From Syntrophales bacterium (GTDB lineage Bacteria > Desulfobacterota > Syntrophia > Syntrophales > UBA2210): a stretch of DNA of 64,000 nt. The notes beneath the pieces are model-generated. The model made no database searches. It was given only the letters and a program-made list of their open reading frames with translations, and was not told where the DNA came from. Each line of letters begins with the position of its first letter. The stretch's first letter is position 1. The stretch spans positions 1,280,001-1,344,000 of the forward strand of contig CAXXNF010000001.1 in assembly GCA_963666365.2 (NCBI GenBank), in the 5' to 3' direction. Positions 61,581-64,000 of this stretch are shown here, in pieces. A program made the translations under genes and the position numbers.

Positions 61581-62363
61581 TTACAATCCCACCTCCGCTT
61601 TTTCAAATACGAAAATCGCCAGAAAGGAAACAATCATAAGAACGATTCCGCTGGTCAGCGCCATTCCCATATTTCCGTAGGAAATATTCAGATAGAGGGT
61701 AATGGGGAGAATTTCGGTTTTCATGTATGAACCGCCCGCCAGAATCAACACCGTTCCGAAGGTGCCGATGCAGCGTGCGAATGAAATGACTGTCGAGGCC
61801 ATAATCCCGTTTCTTGCCAGGGGCAGCGAGATGTTTTTGAATGTTTCAAACATCGAATACCCCAAAGATCGGGACACAAATTCCAATCTCGGATTTATGT
61901 AATCAAAGGTAGATTTCATAATGCGTATCGCATAGGGCAGTGCCGTAAAAAACTGGGCTGCCACGATGCCCTTCTTTGTAAAGACGAAATTCAATCCGAT
62001 GGAGGCAAGTACGTCTCTCATAAAGGTGTTGCCGAAAAGAAGAAGAAGGCACAGGCCGAGCACCAGTTCAGGAAATGCAATGGGCATGTCGATAACAGTT
62101 TTAACTAGTCCTTTGCCCCAAAAACGAAAACGAGAAAGTGCATAGCCAATGGGCAACGCAAACAGCATCACCAGAATCGTTGAAGTAATTCCCGTAATGA
62201 GTGACAGCTTTAGAGAAAACCGCATTTCCGGCGACCAGATATTTTGTCGTATATCTTCAAAGCTTGGGACCACAAAAAGAGACCCGATCGCCAGTACCAG
62301 CAGAAATGTGACGAAAAGGGTGATTGTGATAAAACTTACCTGAAAAAAACTTATTTTTCGCAA
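61581..62363 (-). CDS. Molybdate/tungstate ABC transporter permease
   Basis: DMPIAFP, FARCIGTFG. Confidence 0.9.
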   Translation of the reverse strand: MRKISFFQVSFITITLFVTFLLVLAIGSLFVVPSFEDIRQNIWSPEMRFSLKLSLITGITSTILVMLFALPIGYALSRFRFWGKGLVKTVIDMPIAFPELVLGLCLLLLFGNTFMRDVLASIGLNFVFTKKGIVAAQFFTALPYAIRIMKSTFDYINPRLEFVSRSLGYSMFETFKNISLPLARNGIMASTVISFARCIGTFGTVLILAGGSYMKTEILPITLYLNISYGNMGMALTSGIVLMIVSFLAIFVFEKAEVGL

Positions 62364-63109
62364 GGTTCAAAACCCCATTTTTTCCAGACATTCATCCCTT
62401 CGGGAGATGCTATATACGCATTAAATTTCAGCGCCAGCTGCTTATGAGGAGCCTTTGTGCAGACAGCCGTCGGTATCGTTTTGATCATATTATATTGTTT
62501 CTCTATGCGGACGATTTCCAATTTGCCTTTTCCCTCGGCCCATGTTACCAGGTCTCCCCAGATTATAGCGGCATCAACCTGGTTGAGTGCTACATAGATC
62601 AAAAGCTGATTCACTGTGGGTGCGTAGACGCGTATGTTGGGTTTTACCTTGTCCCAGATGCCGGCGTTGGTAAGCATTTTTTTTGCCACGCGGCCGATTG
62701 CCGGGGCTTTGGGGTCGCCGATGGCAACGCGGACATTAGGTCGGGTAAGATCCATGAACCCGCGTATCTTTGCGGGGTTTCCTTTGGGAACGGCAATAAG
62801 GGGCACGTGCAGAACCAATTTGGCAATGGTATCTTCGAGAACCCAGCCATTCTTGAGGGCATCTTCCGTGTACTTTGCTGCACCGGGAATCAGGACATCA
62901 CAGGGCTGTCCGGCCGCGACACCGGCGAAGATTTCACCGGAACTGCCGTAATGAACATCAACGGCTACGGAATGTGATTTTTCAAAATTAGTCTTCAGCT
63001 CTTCCATCGGTTTTATCAAACCGGCGCCGCTAAAGACCAAAAGATCTGCGGCGATACAGTTTGCGGAAAGGAAAAAAAAGACAATCAAAACAAACAAAAT
63101 TCGCTTCAT
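62351..63109 (-). CDS. modA: Molybdate ABC transporter substrate-binding protein
   Basis: GAGL, YGSSG, AIGR, TVNQ; GGAGGAG RBS. Confidence 0.85.
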   Translation of the reverse strand: MKRILFVLIVFFFLSANCIAADLLVFSGAGLIKPMEELKTNFEKSHSVAVDVHYGSSGEIFAGVAAGQPCDVLIPGAAKYTEDALKNGWVLEDTIAKLVLHVPLIAVPKGNPAKIRGFMDLTRPNVRVAIGDPKAPAIGRVAKKMLTNAGIWDKVKPNIRVYAPTVNQLLIYVALNQVDAAIIWGDLVTWAEGKGKLEIVRIEKQYNMIKTIPTAVCTKAPHKQLALKFNAYIASPEGMNVWKKWGFEPCEK

Positions 63110-63144
63110 GAGAACTCCTCCATGCATTGAAGTAGTATTTTTAA

Positions 63145-63178
63145 ATCGTTTTCTTACATATTAGAATACTATTGTCAA
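63145..63178 (-). promoter_or_regulatory. modA promoter (-35 TTGACA) with an adjacent ModE-like palindrome
   Basis: ATCGTTTTCT-N8-AGAATACTAT (63145-63172); TGTCAA at 63173-63178. Confidence 0.5.
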
Positions 63179-63263
63179 CTATTTGTATTATTTGTAATAA
63201 ATTTGTATTGTTGGTTATTATGAATGATTAATGGCGTTATTTTGGACGAGGGCAGAGATACAA

Positions 63264-64000
63264 ATGAATTCATCGAATCCGGAAAACATACCTGAAATAA
63301 AGGTGGAACAGGGAGGGGCGGGTTTACGAGCACACCTTGCCCCCATCCTCGTTCTCGTGGCAATCTTCTTCTTTAACTTTATCGCCAGGATTGTGCTTTC
63401 GCCGCTTACTCCTTCAATCGAAAAGGATTTGAGCCTCAATCACTCCGATATGGGATCCTTCTTTTTCTATATTACTGTCGGCTATTTTATCTCGCTTGTC
63501 GGATCCGGATTCGTTTCTTCGCGCCTGTCTCACAGGATGACAGTTGTTGTATCCGCCGCTGCAGTGGGAGTAACGCTGCTCGGTGTGTGTCTTTGTGCCG
63601 AGACGGCGAAGGGCTTTGGCCTTTGCATGTTTATTTTGGGTCTCGTGACGGGAATGTATCTTCCCTCCGGGATAGCGATCATTACGCATCTGGTGCGTCC
63701 GAGCCAGTGGGGTTCGGCAATTGCCGTTCACGAACTGGCACCGAACCTGGCCTTTGTCGCGGCGCCGCTTCTGGCGGAAGCGCTTATGTATTGGTTTTCC
63801 TGGCGCTCGGTTATGGCGGCCATAGGATTTGCATCGCTTGTGTCGGGCGCTCTATTCGCGGTTTTCGGTCAAGGAGGTTGTTTCAAGGGAGAACGCCCGC
63901 ATTTTGAAGCCTTGCGCCGGCTTGTGCTGCACCCGTCATTTTTCCTAATGGTAGGACTTTTCAGCATGGGTATCGGAAGCACGATAGGTGTATATGCCAT
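63264..64000 (+). CDS. MFS transporter (partial, runs off the window)
   Basis: Manual translation MNSSNPE...FFFNFIARIVLSPL...; multiple TM helices; frame appears open to the window end. Confidence 0.8.
   Translation, partial: MNSSNPENIPEIKVEQGGAGLRAHLAPILVLVAIFFFNFIARIVLSPLTPSIEKDLSLNHSDMGSFFFYITVGYFISLVGSGFVSSRLSHRMTVVVSAAAVGVTLLGVCLCAETAKGFGLCMFILGLVTGMYLPSGIAIITHLVRPSQWGSAIAVHELAPNLAFVAAPLLAEALMYWFSWRSVMAAIGFASLVSGALFAVFGQGGCFKGERPHFEALRRLVLHPSFFLMVGLFSMGIGSTIGVYA

Overview
This 64 kb window is the chromosomal replication-origin region of an anaerobic deltaproteobacterium-like organism (Syntrophales/Desulfobacterota-type gene content, by inference). It contains rsmG-parA-parB-dnaA-dnaN-gyrB-gyrA, DnaA boxes on both sides of dnaA, DnaA-trio repeats and a perfect parS site. 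Other blocks are an atypical amino-acid ABC transporter, archease-rtcB-trxB, a kdnA-like/hldD/kdsB LPS cluster, two partly identical degP copies (one behind a sigma54 promoter next to a ZraSR-like pair), tandem AbfD/HpaB-family genes and a Mo/W ABC transporter. The main hidden signal is four in-frame UGA codons, each followed 18-23 nt later by a hairpin with a GGU-starting apical loop (SECIS-like). They imply selenoproteins that the ORF track misses or truncates: a CoA-disulfide reductase/NADH oxidase, a YeeE transporter, an FmdB zinc ribbon ending -FT-U-G, and a 64-aa protein (492..686) that I cannot assign to any family. I saw no rRNA, tRNA, CRISPR array or transposase.
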